Shown piece by piece: positions 39,001 to 52,165 of a stretch of DNA of 64,000 bases (its first letter is position 1; every line of letters begins with the position of its first letter). A model generated the notes under the pieces. That model did no database searches. It was not told the origin of the DNA and saw only the letters and a list, made by a program, of their open reading frames with translations. Source of the DNA: Azolla caroliniana (lineage: Eukaryota; Plantae; Polypodiophyta); NCBI GenBank assembly GCA_043228905.1, contig JBHGNT010000021.1, positions 2,542,001-2,606,000 of the forward strand, written 5' to 3'. The translations under genes were made by a program, and so were the position numbers.

Positions 39001-40663
39001 GGAATTAGATCTCTCTGCTGAGGTAGTTTGTGGCTACTCATCACTTTTGTTCTATTATTATTTATATAGTGTTACTTTAATTGATTTCTTTATGTTGCCT
39101 TGCTGCATGCAGATATACCCTTGCCCAAAAGGATCCATTCATCATCGTGATATCGTTAAGGCAATTGGTGGGAAAGAGCAGTAAGAAATCTATGGCAATT
39201 ATGTACTTTGCTATCATGCAAAATGTTGATACTCTATATGTCAAGTTACTATGAGTTGAATTTGGTTTGTACAGCAGGGATAAGTAACATATGATAATGA
39301 GAAGAGAAAGTATTCTTATATAAGAGGAACAAAACCATTTCAGGATGGTTTACTGTAATATCATACCAAAGCAAATGTTTGTCTCTTCCTAAAAAGTTAG
39401 GGCAATGAAGGATTCACCACCAGAGCTCTTAGTCAGTCTCTCACACCTATTTGATTCCCACATGAAAAAACTATGTCTTCCTCTATCACAGATCAATAAT
39501 TGTGATTAAAAACCTAACGTAGATTTTGGAAGAATCAGCAAATCGACAACTGCTGCCAGTAGACACTCTTTTACCCATTTCTTAAGAAATTTTCTCACCT
39601 CTAGTCACTGATGATCCTTCCCCTAAGATTGAGCATAGGAGAGCCTGATAAAAAGAAAGTCTGATCTCATTTTTGTAGCTGTTTATCACTTTCCATTTTC
39701 TACTTTATCGCCCCCAAAATGAGATCATGAAGTGAATAATGGATGATGTCTTAACTATTCGTAAAAAACTTTGGTATTTTTCTTGATCCATGCACACCAA
39801 GCCCTAATGACATGTGGTTACCATACTTTTACAGATTTCCGTATCTTGTTGATGTTAATACAGGTGTCCGTCTATATGAAAGTGGTAAGTTTTTATCGCT
39901 CAATAGTGTTGTGTAAGAAAACCAGATGTATATATACTGTAATTGTTTTGCAGTCCTTCAATTAGTTTGGTGATTGACTTTCGTATATACACACAGGAGA
40001 TATTGTCAAATATCTTTTCAACACATATGGTGGTGGCAAGGAACCCTCAAATTGGCTTCTGGAAAGGTATTTTTTGACAATTGGAAAGTGAAGAGTTAGA
40101 TTTTGATTTGCTTATACAATCTACAAACTAATCCCTGTCATAAATAAACAGCACAGTACTTACTGGATGGGTTCCTACATTGCTGCGAGCAGGTCGTGGT
40201 ATGATCCGATGGGAAGGTGCAAATGTCAACATTCCAGACAAGAAATTAATACTCTTTTCTTATGAGAATAACCAGGTTGGTATTTCTTTGTTGTCAATAT
40301 ATCTTTGTGTGCCTTCTTGTAGTAAATAGTTTAAGAGTAGAGAGAATGCTTGTAAGACCATTTGGATTCATTTTTTTAGTTTGCAAGGATAGTGCGAGAA
40401 GCTCTCTGTGAATTAGAGCTTCCATATATCTTACACAACATAGGAGTTGGCACTTTCAATTCTTCTAAGCTAATAGAAGGTTTTCAAGAGGTTTGTACTT
40501 TTTGGATAAAAATTTCATATTTCACTTGGTTTTCATGTTGTGGAATGAAATACCAGTGTTATGGATAATGCAGGTTCCTTTTTTGGTAGATCCGAACACA
40601 GGGGTTAGTTTAAGCAATCATGAAGACATTATTCAATATCTTTTTAAGAACTACAGAGTTTGA
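36020..40663 (+). CDS. Thioredoxin-fold/GST-N two-domain protein (At4g10000-like, probably plastidial), 10 exons: 36020-36223, 36444-36482, 37390-37510, 38961-39022, 39113-39180, 39835-39884, 39997-40066, 40152-40275, 40380-40490, 40574-40663
   Basis: The spliced product contains LARLPWG, YEFEACPFCRRVREALTELDL, YPCPKGS, GGKEQFPYLVD, YESGDIVKYLF, LRAGRGM, FSYENNQFARIVREALCELELPY and VPFLVDPNTG. Exon phases are consistent. Confidence 0.92.
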
Positions 40664-41160
40664 ATCCTTAATTAACCTCTGAATCACTCCTTCAAAGTGT
40701 AAAACAACTATGCAATTATATTTAAAATTCGATGACGATCTCTATTCCTATGGATGTGTACATTATTAAATATTGCTTTACATATAATTGAACCTCTCTC
40801 CAATAACTGTCAGTTTGAATAATGTTGTGCCATTTATAACTTATAACTTCTCTTCAAAGTGGAAAGATATATTTAATGAAACCTGTTGAAACTTCATGCT
40901 TCATTACTGGATTGCTAATTGGAAAAATCAATCATCAGGGTGGAAATAGCACAAGGTTTTTAATCAATCGTTGAAAAATGTTATTTTAAGTCAAATCGTT
41001 ATACATGTTTTTCTAATTACATTATCTGCAGATCCACAGGTATATGCCTACAGATTTTAATACACTATTTATTGTATATAGTTTCTTTTACTGCAACTAC
41101 CACCATTTGAACTAAGGATTTGCATGTTACCTTAGTGATTAGATGCTTAGCCTCATACAA

Positions 41161-42025
41161 GATGGGATTTTGGTGTTTGAAATCTTTGTGAAATCCTTTC
41201 TCAAAATGTTTTTTCAGACAGATCAAGTGTCTACTTCCTAGATGTTTTTGGAGAAAACTTAATGTGGCCTACTTAAAGTAGGTGTGCGGCATTGGTCAGT
41301 GGTCATTGATAGAAACAAATGGTCATGGTAAACATATGATAAACCAGTATCAAATGGTGTTTTATTAAGATTTAATGTGTCCTACTTGAAGTAGGTGTGC
41401 GGCATTGGTCAGTGGTCATTGATAGAAACAAATGCTCATGGTAAACATATGATAAACCATTATCAAATGGTGTTTTATTAAGATGGGATTTTGGTGTTTG
41501 AAATCTTTGTGAAATCCTTTCTCAAAATGTTTTTTCAGACAGATCAAGTGTCTACTTCCTAGATGTTTTTGGAGAAAACTTAATGTGGCCTACTTAAAGT
41601 AGGTGTGCGGCATTGGTCAGTGGTCATTGATAGAAACAAATGGTCATGGTAAACATATGATAAACCAGTATCAAATGGTGTTTTATTAAGATTTAATGTG
41701 TCCTACTTGAAGTAGGTGTGCGGCATTGGTCAGTGGTCATTGATAGAAACAAATGCTCATGGTAAACATATGATAAACCATTATCAAATGGTGTTTTATT
41801 AAGATGGGATTTTGGTGTTTGAAATCTTTGTGAAATCCTTTCTCAAATATGTTAATTCAGACAGATATAGTGTCTACTTCCTAGATGTTTTCGGAGAAAA
41901 CTTAATGTGTCCTACTTGAAGTAGGTGTGCAGCATTGGTCAGTGGTCATTGATAGAAACAAATGGTCATGGTAAACATATGATAAACCATTATCAAATGG
42001 TGTTTTATTAAGATTTAATGTGTCC
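41161..42025 (+). repeat. 321-bp tandem repeat (about 2.7 copies) with an internal ~113-bp sub-duplication, between convergent gene 3' ends
   Basis: GATGGGATTTTGGTGTTTGAAATC at 41161, 41482 and 41803; the subunit TTAATGTG…TTTTATTAAGA occurs 5 times. Confidence 0.95.
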
Positions 42026-42789
42026 CCAAGTAACCTTTAATCGTTAAGAGTTTTTCAAAGTGCTGCCATTGTTACTTCCAGCTAAAAATAATAAAAACTA
42101 TTGAGCACACTAAACTTCAGATGAACTAGGGCAAAGAAGGATAAGTTTGACATTCAAAGCTAGAATTAGTCACTTGAAAATGGGTTTCAGATCTGCATGG
42201 CGTAAGCATACTATTAGGTGTAAACCTGATCATTACATTGCGGACGTCTCAAAAAGTTGTTCTAGAGCTAGTAGAGTACCAATTTGACCAACCCCAAATT
42301 CCTCATAAAAAACCCCAAATACTTTATTATTTTGTCTAACCCCAAATACTTTATTATTTTGTGCATGAAACCAGCTGAGTTTGTTAGTAGCATATTGGTA
42401 ATGTGAAGACACTACAAGTATGAGTAGACCTTTTTTAACGAAATATAAAAAACACTCAGGAGTCGTATGCAGGAATAAGAGATGATCTATAAATAATATT
42501 CAGAAAAAGCAATGGGTATCATGAGATTTGTTTCTTTTCATTTCAACTTGAACATAGGGTTTACAAACTTCCCAAACTAGGCTTCTCAAGACAATAAAAT
42601 GTTAGTATTTGCCAAAATTTTACCTCAAATATATCATTGTGGTGCGGGGGTGGGGGGGGGGGGGGGGGGATGGGTCAGTAACATCGTTAAATTAGAACAT
42701 AGACACTTCTAGAGATCGCCAAGGTTGACACTACAGTTTGACTTCAGCTTTATGAACAATGATGGAGAATGGATAATTAGAAATTATGT

Positions 42790-45700
42790 TTACTTTGAAC
42801 GATGACTAGATTTTTTCAAGTGATTCTTCTTTGTTTTGCTTTTATCTCTCTTTTTCTGTCTCTGCTCCTTCTTGACCTTCGGTTTCAGTTTGATGTCTTT
42901 CCCTTTAAATTTCTTAACATACATTCCAACTTTTCTTGGTTTCTCTTTGTCATTCAGCTTTTCAGAATCCTCCTCGCTACCTATTTCACCATTTTCACTG
43001 ATCAGACCTTTCTTGATCTTCCTTAGTAAACGATACTCCTCCTCCATCTCCATATCATCTTCAATGTCCTGAGCAGCTTTGCGTTTTTTACTTGTTAGTC
43101 TCCTCTCTTTCTTACCATTCTTCATATACTCTTCTCTTTTGGAACCACCACCACCCATTTTTTGCTGGAGATTGTTTTGGCTTTGAAGTTCCCGATCCTT
43201 GAGCTTCTTTTGACGCTGCTTTTCTCGTGCTTTATCTCTGTTATAGAACATTTTTATTATCCAAGTTCATGTAAATTTATACTATCTTTGTCATAGCAAA
43301 ACTTTCTGTCTTCATAGCCATATTTTGCACTATGTTTATCAAAGCAAACAAAAGAAAGCATATTAAGAGCATATTACTTGTATCGAATTGCCATAAAATC
43401 AATGCCATCCATAGGTTTAAAATTTTCAATTGAAAGTGTTCCGCGCTTTAGCTCTGACATTGTTGGAAGCTGAAGCAACCCATAACCCATTGCCAGTTTC
43501 CCTACATCCAGCTCTTTCCACCTAGAAAGTATCATAAAAGATCAAATTAAACATTTCTCCGCTTTGAAATACCATAGCATATCAAGTCATACATTAAATG
43601 TTCTCTATATCTCTGGGAAAGATAAAAGCTGACCTAAAAATATAGGTGCATTGATGCTCCTTGTAAGCTCGTATAAAAGAAACAAACGCCCTTAATCCTT
43701 TCTCCATAACATCCCTATCTTTCATGGCAGCTGCCCTTATCTATGACACAAGCACTGGGTGTAATCATTAATCAAGAGTTATTCTAGAGCATAAAATCGA
43801 TATTGACTCTGCACTGAAATCCCTCTCTACATCATAATTCTTAATAGGGACCAAATTCAGCATGATCCCTAAATGGGTCATTTCTCATCTCCACTTTTGA
43901 GCAGAATATTAAGATCTAGCTGAATTATAAAATCCTCCACACAATGGTTTAAAATACTAACCATAGGAATAACATCTTCAAAAGGGCTTTCTCTCTCTGT
44001 TTTTTCAATCGGTACTTTCCGAATCTTCATAAATTCTACATATGCATCTTCCTGTATGAGAAGGCACATCTCAATCTTATGACAAATCATTCAACCATGC
44101 ATACAAAAAGTGTGTCAACCTAACTGCAGAATATAGGACAAATTATAAGCAAACGAAAAACCTTGGGTGAAAGAAACACAAGTGCATTTCCTGATCTTCC
44201 CATTCGGGCTGTACGACCCACTCTATGGACAAACATATTTGGATCTTGAGGTGGATCATACTGTGTTAAAAGCAATATAAGAAAAATACTTGTCAGCTGT
44301 GTGACAAAGGTCTCTTACGGATTCAGGAGAAAACATATGATTTGAATGAATAGGCATATTTACCTGTAAGATCCAATCCACATTTGGAATGTCCAGACCA
44401 CGAGCAGCAACATCTGTACAAAGCAGAATCCCAGACTGCATACTTGCAAACTCAGCTAATGCTTTCTCTCGTACTGACTATACAAAAAGGAAAGGAATTA
44501 TCATTAGAACCTGAATATTCGTGCCTCCTAATGAATCATAATCATCCCCGAGGTAAGTAGATTAGATCAAAGAAAGTATCAGAGGATGAATCCATTCATC
44601 ATGGATATCAATTTCCAGTTTCATGTACAAAGCTACGTTGATACAAAAACAAACTTCTGTGCCTACCTGCTTCATTCTTCCATGAAGGGAAATCATACAT
44701 ATCTTTTTCAAGCTTTCTAATGAAGGAAGCACAGTCGCCCAAAAATCCACACAAGCACAAGTCATGAAATACCTGCAACAAACTAATAAGTTGGTCGCTG
44801 AAAATAGTAATCATTGGGAATAGCAAACCTTGTTGACCTATCAGAAACTTACACGATAACTTTTGCAGAAGATAATTCAAGAAAAAGCTGAACAAGCCGA
44901 GATGGTTTCTCATCTCCCTCACATTCTAAGTACTGCACATATATAGCAACTTATAATTACCTCGACGATAGAAATGTCTAGCATTCATATAGAGATATCC
45001 AAATACCTGAATAGTAAGAGAGGATGGTGTTTTAGAGAATGAAAGGCTCTGATCCATACTCATTGCTGATGATGCAGACTTCATCTCTGTCTTAACTTCA
45101 ACACGAACAGGATTCCTCAGCCCTGCTTTTGCAAGCTCTTCCACCGCCTCTGTCTGTGTTGCTGAGAAAAGACCTGTTCTTCTTTGTTTCGGTAGTCGAG
45201 AAATGATAGTTGTTAATTGCCTCTGAAATCCCATTTCCAGCAGCCGATCTGCCTCATCCAAAATAAGAACCTGTTCTCATCACTCATACAAGCTCATTAT
45301 AATATTCTACCATCTCAAAAAATACAAATAAAATATTCTAATATCTCAATGTATACAAACATAATATTCTACACTATCTGAGGATATACAAACATAATAT
45401 CCTACTATTTCAAAATTTTGAGGATATATATGAGAAAATGCATAAAAAATACCTCAAGAAGTTTAAGTTCCAAAGACGAACGCTCCATTATGTCAGCTAT
45501 CCGTCCAGGAGTGCCAACAATTATATTTACACCATTTTCATTTACTTTCTTCAGATCAACAGCCACATCCGTCCCACCAACAAGAAGCATGAGCCGGATA
45601 TTCGGTATCACATTAACAAATGGCTTTGCTACATGATATATTTGGGATGCTAGCTCTCGGGTTGGTGATACTATGATTGCCCCAACCTACACAAATAAAC

Positions 45701-46987
45701 AATATGAAGGTATTGAAAGTTACTATAAAGGGTATACTCAGTGGCTAGATCAATTGTAGTAAATGAGGATGTTCAACAGCACGTAACTTCAGCAAATTTT
45801 ATACATACATACACAGAATGTACCAAGAAAAAAACATCAGATTATCAAAAGTCATACAAATCTGGCATCTACACTCATGAAAGCTTTGCATCATGCAGGA
45901 AAGCTAAACTTTTACATCATCATTATGTTCTGTTTGGTCTTAACCTTTCACTATAGCATTGTACTTGTCGTTAATGATTCCCATTTTTTAAAATGGTTGA
46001 TAAAAAGGATAACCGTAATTAAAATAAAAGGAAACAATACCTTTAGCAAAGACGAGATGATTTCCTACCCTACCACCATCTGTGCTATCCTTTATTGCAT
46101 TTCAATTGTTAACACAATGTGATATTAGGACTGTTCAAAGGAAACGTTTACCGCCCACTTGTTTTATTAGCCCACTTTGCATATCAATTGCCAGCATAAT
46201 GACTCTAAAATTGTCTTAATGTCAATCTAACAAATATCCCTACCACGCCCCTTGTTTTATTGTGAACAATGAGAGGTCTACATGTAAACATCATCAGGCT
46301 TCTTACCATGCCGCTAAGTTCGTCTCTGACCAATAAGAAGCCAACATGCCAACACTATAATACATCCTTCTAGAACCCTTGCTCGTTTGAGACCAATGAG
46401 AAACGTCCATGTCAGTGTCCTATAGCCACATGCAATGCCACAATGTTGGCAGACTACCCATGCCCCTGCTCTTTGTATCTTGTAATCACTGAGGTGCACG
46501 ATGTCAAACACCATAAAGATTCCTAATGAACCCATACTTAGTAGACTGCTTATTTAAGTGTAGACCACATCTTTTACTAAAGGAAAAGATTAAAAAACAA
46601 AGAAAGCACTACAATTTTGAAGACTGAAACCTGGTAAGAGCCGAGGGGAGGCGAGATTCTACGCAATATTTCCACCACGGGAACAAGGAAAGCAAGAGTT
46701 TTTCCAGACCCTGTAGCAGCATCTACAGAGACATCCTTGTAGCTTACAAGGAGAGGAATGGTAGCTGCCTGAACAGGGGTAGCAAGATGAAATCCTTGAG
46801 ATTTCAAAACTTGAAGGGTAGAGCCAGATAGAGATGGCTGGAGCTCCGAAAATGGGACTCTACTCAGAGCACTGTTCCTGTTCCTGTTTCTATCCGCCTT
46901 TCTTCTTTCTTTCGATCCTTTCTCATCGTTCTCTTCTGTTTCTATATCTGCTTCGGTGATGGAAGGAGGCGGGGGAGGGGCTTTCAT
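42790..46987 (-). CDS. RH18: DEAD-box RNA helicase 18 (DDX55/Spb4 family), 11 exons: 46987-46631, 45686-45453, 45270-45007, 44932-44853, 44772-44667, 44477-44364, 44260-44162, 44051-43962, 43740-43634, 43521-43378, 43237-42790
   Basis: [75 protein letters not shown] and a Lys-rich C-terminus. All introns are GT-AG and in phase. Confidence 0.96.
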
Positions 46988-48119
46988 GGCGATGGAAAAG
47001 CTTCGTTTTCTTCTTCTTCTTTCTTCTTCTTCTTCTTCTTCTTCGTAGGGATCAAATTCTTAGGTATATCATATATCTGTGTATTTCTGAGTATTTACAA
47101 ATCTCATCTGATACCCCTGCGTTTTCACTAATTGCAAAAAATGCCCCTCCTTCACACTTACATACCCCTGCGTTTATACCTTTGCCATGTTCTCAAATCT
47201 GTGTCGGAAATATACCCCTCTCCGATACATGCACTGCTCATTATCATTGTGAACCTTCCAACGATTTTCAACAGAAAAACCAAGCGCATCTTTTCTTTGT
47301 GCTCGCTCGCCCTAGCAAACTAAAGTTGGCTCCTCGATTGACAAATCTTATGACTTAACTTTGCATTTAATCTTTCGTTTTCCTTAATTTCACCTTTGAA
47401 TGTCTTGTTTAAATTTTATAGCATCTCTGCTATTGTAGACTGATGACATTGATGGCCTATTGAGAACATTATATGGTCTGCATTACTCGTTTGGTTTGTT
47501 GATATTATCATCAGCCCTTTTTTTCCCTCCAACTAAACAACTTAGTTTTTGCCCATTCCCCTGAGATGAGTTAGGCGATGAGGAGTAAGAGCAAGAGTAG
47601 TATTGAGGAGATAGTGAATACCTTTAAAATTTGCAGAACTCGTGGATCATACCATGTCATGTCCAGAACAATGAACTCTCTAACTCCCAGTATAGGACTA
47701 GTCAAGAATTGTATGCATCGCAAAAGTACATGTCTTCATACCAACTTTATGACTAGTAAGTAGAGGTGTTTGAATTCGTGAAGGTTATGGGGTTGGGAAA
47801 GTTCAACATTCACCTTAAGTTTTCAAAAAACTATTAGAATGTTGCTCTCTGGTGCAATATCTACTTTTGCATAGAGTTGTATTACGTTCATTTTTCAAGT
47901 TGTTATTCTTACTACTAAGGTGCGATTTCATTATTGTTTATTGGTGCTTGATTATTTATGTGTCGTATGCACATCTTATTGCTCAAAGGAGTCAAAGTTT
48001 TATAAAACTTTGGGATCATTTTGGTGAATATCCACAAAGCTATAGGTATGTTCATAGATTGGCCCATGTGTGATATTCGTGGTATTCTCCATCTGCAATA
48101 TTCGAGAATACAAAATGTC

Positions 48120-48660
48120 CCCACGAATATTACAAACCATTCCTTTATTTATTTATTATTTATTATTAAAAACCAAATATTTTTTACATCTATTATTAAA
48201 ATATTATTAGTGTGAGGTGAGATAAAAATATCAAATTTTGTGGGAAAGTAAAAAGTGGGGGATTAATGAACCTTTTATTTATTATTTATTATTTATTTAT
48301 TTTATTAAAAATAAAACAAATCATTTTTACATGAATTATAAAAAAATTATTAATGTCAAGTAAAAATATCAAATTTTGTGGGAGAGTAAAAAAGTGGGAA
48401 ATTAATGAACCTTTTATATATTTATTTATTCATTATTTTATGAAAAAATAAAAAAATACTTTTCAAGTTTTATATCTATTATAAAAATATTATTAATGTG
48501 AGGTCCCCTTTTTAATGACAAATAAAAATATCAAATTTTGTGGGAGAGTAAAAAGTGGGGAATTAATGAATCTTTTATTTATTTTATTAAAAATAAAACA
48601 AATACTTTTAAGTTTTACATCCTTTATAAAAATGTTTTAATTTGAAGTGAAATATCGCCT
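48120..48660 (+). repeat. AT-rich degenerate tandem repeat (about 140-160 bp, 3+ copies)
   Basis: AAAAATATCAAATTTTGTGGGA(A/G)AGTAAAAAGTGGG..ATTAATGAA at about 48224, 48362 and 48524. Confidence 0.8.
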
Positions 48661-49020
48661 TTTTATTGTGAAAGTCCTCTTTGTTATATGATATATGAAC
48701 AATGATATATCGAAGAAACTAAAAAGTAGGAACTTTATAAACCCTCTCTTTTTTTTAACGAATATTTTTTCATGCATTCGTTTGGTAACCTCCACGAATG
48801 CGAATACATCAATCTATGGGTATGTTGGTGTACCCTTTATATTTTCTTCACTAGTAGTGGAAACATTATGCCTATCTTGGTAAACATCCAAAAGGTAAGG
48901 CATTTTGGTGTTTTGTCACCCTTTCACTCTACTCGTAGTCAAACACTGAATAACACCTCCCACTCTCAACCCCCAATAAATTGGAGTACACACATGGCAT
49001 CAAAGAATGAATGAGTTCAG

Positions 49021-50715
49021 TGTTGGAGTCAAGGTCGCCAATGCGGAAATAGGAACAACACTACGGTATGAAGATGAACAAGTTCATGATAGCGACAAAA
49101 CCAAGATGATGATAACTTTATTATTCTTAAAGTTACAACAGAATGGCAGCACTTGCATCATCTTGAACTAGGTTACAAAGCTCATTTTTATAGTAACTGA
49201 GCTAGGGCAATTGCCCTTTAGTCTTATTACAAATGTGTCATAAACCTAGCATGTCCAAGTGAGATGCCAATCTCCCCCATAATGGGCGTATACAAAAAAA
49301 ATCTATAATAAAGAGAATTGGCAAAATACTGATTTTTATACAAAGAGATGTTTGAACAAATCAGTTGTATTACCAAATCGACTAGTCCGAAAGACTGAAG
49401 TCGGATCAATTGTGCCGAATGCCGAATTCCAAAAGGTCAGAATGTTCGAAGACAATTGTCCGAAGTCATCTTTGTGTTTGACTCAATCGGACCGATTTCT
49501 CCTTGAGCCCATCTAGAGCCTTAATGACCAGAATTGGTCAATCAAAAGAAACTTGGTCATTTTGTCTGCTACATTGCCGACTGTAGAGATCTTCTTGAGG
49601 TCAAGCTTACTTGTAGTTACGTAGTCCCAAACGAAGTGATATCGAACATCGATATGCTTCCAGGCGTTATGATGAATTGGGTTCTTCGACAAGGCGACAA
49701 CACCCTGATTGTCAGTTGTCGAAGTGGTCATGTACTCTTGGATTTTCGACTTCCACGATATTTCTCTAGTGTCAAACTGAAAGAAGTAATTGGTAGTTGA
49801 CTCTCAGTTGACTAAATAACCAACAAAGTATTAGTCAATGTAGTTGACTATGCTTGAGCTCTTGTTCGAACCGAAGAGGATGCCAAGGTCTTGTGTGCCC
49901 ACTAGGTATCTGAATACATGCTTAACTGCATTCCAATGCTATCAACCGGGGTTGCGCATAAATTTGTTGATGACTCATATGGCATGTGCTATGTTCAGGC
50001 CATGTCGCGACCATCGTGTACATCAAGGAGTTGATTGTTGATGCATACGGTACAAACTTCATATCTTCCCCCTCCAGACTGGATTTAGGGTTTAGGGTTT
50101 AAGGTTTATTGAGACAACAAAAGGCTAATGGGGAGTGGGGTCAATTGAATGTTCAAGCGCTCCAAGTCACGTTTGATGTAGTCGGCTTGAGATAAGAACA
50201 AATTTTGTTGATTCTAAAGCTGACTAATCTTCATTCCGAGTATGTGCCAAGCCGGAACTAAGTCCTTCATCATGAACTTCAACCGCAATTGTCAAACGAT
50301 ATCAGCAAGCTCTCCAAATTGCCAGCCAAAGAGAAGCATGTCATCCATGTATAGGATAACGAAGATCGGTGATCCATCTTGAACTGTTTTCAAGAAGAGG
50401 TTGTGGTCCTTATCTCTCTTATAGAAGCCGACAAATTGAATGAAGTTGTCAAATTTTCTATATCAGTGTCTCGGGGCTTGCTTCAAGTCGTAAAGGCTCT
50501 TCCTAAGTCAGTAGACTAGACATTATTGGTCTGGTACCATGAAGCCTTTTGGTTGTTCCATATAAATCTCCTCGTCTACATCACCATGGAGGAATGTCAT
50601 CTTAACATCTAACTGAATCATCTCCAAGTCCTCGGTTGCCACAACGCCGAGCAAAAATCAAAGGGTTGTCATTTTCACCACTGGTGAAAAGATTTCATTG
50701 AAGTCGACGCTTTGG
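49021..50715 (-). mobile_element. Truncated decayed Ty1/copia (RT-RH, PPT and short putative 3' LTR at about 49021-49269)
   Basis: Minus-strand DFNEIFSPVVKMTT, YMDDML, VPYAS and KHIDVRYHFV; PPT GGGGGAGAT near 49270. Confidence 0.85.
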
Positions 50716-51448
50716 CTTTGAATTTGGGACTTGCCAAATCAAAGTTATCGCCATATTCTTTAAATAAATAAATGAGTGGTTTTACTCAGCACCAAAGTAT
50801 TTATTTAAGCCCATGGTTAGAATTTAGAAAAATACAGGGGATCTGTTGTATATCTTGTATGTGTAACCTTATGGCGTTTCCGAATACTAATGTAGTATCT
50901 TTTTTTGAAAAAAAAAAACAAACCATTTATATTAAAAAACACTAAATAAATCATTTTTGAACTCTCAAACCATTTAAAGTGAAACCGTTTAAGGAAAAGT
51001 TAAAACCAAACCAAGCCATTTAATAAATAATTTAAACCTAACCATTTAAGTCAAACTACTTAAAATACTAAATAAACAAAATTACATTAAATTAAATAAG
51101 TATTTAAGTTAAATTAATTAAATCAATAAAAAAACATTAGTTAAACCATTAAATTAAATAAACATTTAAGTTAAATTGATTAAATCAACAAAAAATCATT
51201 AATTAATCCATTCAATTAATAAACCATTAAGGAGAAAAAAAGTTAACCAAAAACCTTCAAACTAAACCAATAAACTCGAATTTTAGAACCAAACCGAACT
51301 AAAACCATTCATTCCATCTATGATGTGAAAGAACTTCAAGACAATTGAAGTTAAAACTATCTACCATTTCAAGTGGTTCATTATCATACATAATGTATGG
51401 TTTATCCTTACATATTTTGGTTTTCATAAGCAAAATCTATGTTTTAGA

Positions 51449-52165
51449 TAACAATCGGCAATGGTTTGGTTTGGTTTGAGAGTGTCAAAACCAAACTATT
51501 AAAAAAATTTGAAACTTGAACCAAACCAAACCACGAAACCATTAAAGCATTAGTCCATTAAAACCGTGATTTCGTGGTTCGGTTTCGGTTTTCAACTTAG
51601 GGCAAATTTCAATTTTTAATTTTTAATTTTTTTCATTTTTAAATTTTAAATTTTTTCAAAATTTTAAAGATTTTCCTAAAATGTGAGAATTAGGCTTAAA
51701 AATGAAAAGTTTTTTTTTAACAATAATTTCAAAAACAAATCAGGATATGCTCGAAATAAAGAAACTATACAGAAAACATTTTAGCACAATTATGGTTTCA
51801 AACATCGTCTCATGGAATGCACTCAAAAAAGGCTATAGAGACCATGGATATGTTGAGGAGGTGTTGTATTAGTTTTGAACAAATGCAAGACTATATATCT
51901 ATATTGTTTACTTTAATTTTAATACCAATGGAGGATATTTTTTATGAAAAAATAATTAATACCTTAATAATAAAAAATTAAAACCATTAAACCGTTTAAG
52001 CCATGATTTTTAACCTTTGAATCTGAACCAAATTGAAACGTTCATTCCGCAAACCAAACAATTAAAAAAAACTTCAACCTGAACCAAACCAAACTAACTA
52101 TTTAAAATGTTAAGCCATGGTTTCGTGGTTCCGTTCGGTTCAAACCGAACCATTGCCGACTATTA
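51449..52165. mobile_element. hAT-type MITE copy 3 (717 bp) carrying extra cargo
   Basis: TIR TAACAATCGGCAATGGTT / AACCATTGCCGACTATTA; 8-bp TSD GTTTTAGA/ATTTTAGA. Arms align to copies 1 and 2. Confidence 0.9.
51743..51888 (+). pseudogene. PLS-class PPR gene fragment inside MITE copy 3
   Basis: Translates …MVSNIVSWNALKKGYRDHGYVEEVLY*, then after a frameshift FEQMQ. This fits the PPR motif consensus VVSWNALIxGYxxHGxxEEALxxFEQM. Confidence 0.75.

Noticed and set aside
42645-42669. Poly-G tract as a functional G-quadruplex (also poly-C at about 2223 and 58258)
   Set aside because: Simple homopolymers with no supporting evidence; their lengths are unreliable.
45830-45930. Possible intronic C/D snoRNA on the minus strand in RH18 intron 1 (ATGATGA…CTGA)
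   Set aside because: The terminal stem is out of register, I recognised no rRNA guide, and such boxes arise by chance in AT-rich introns.
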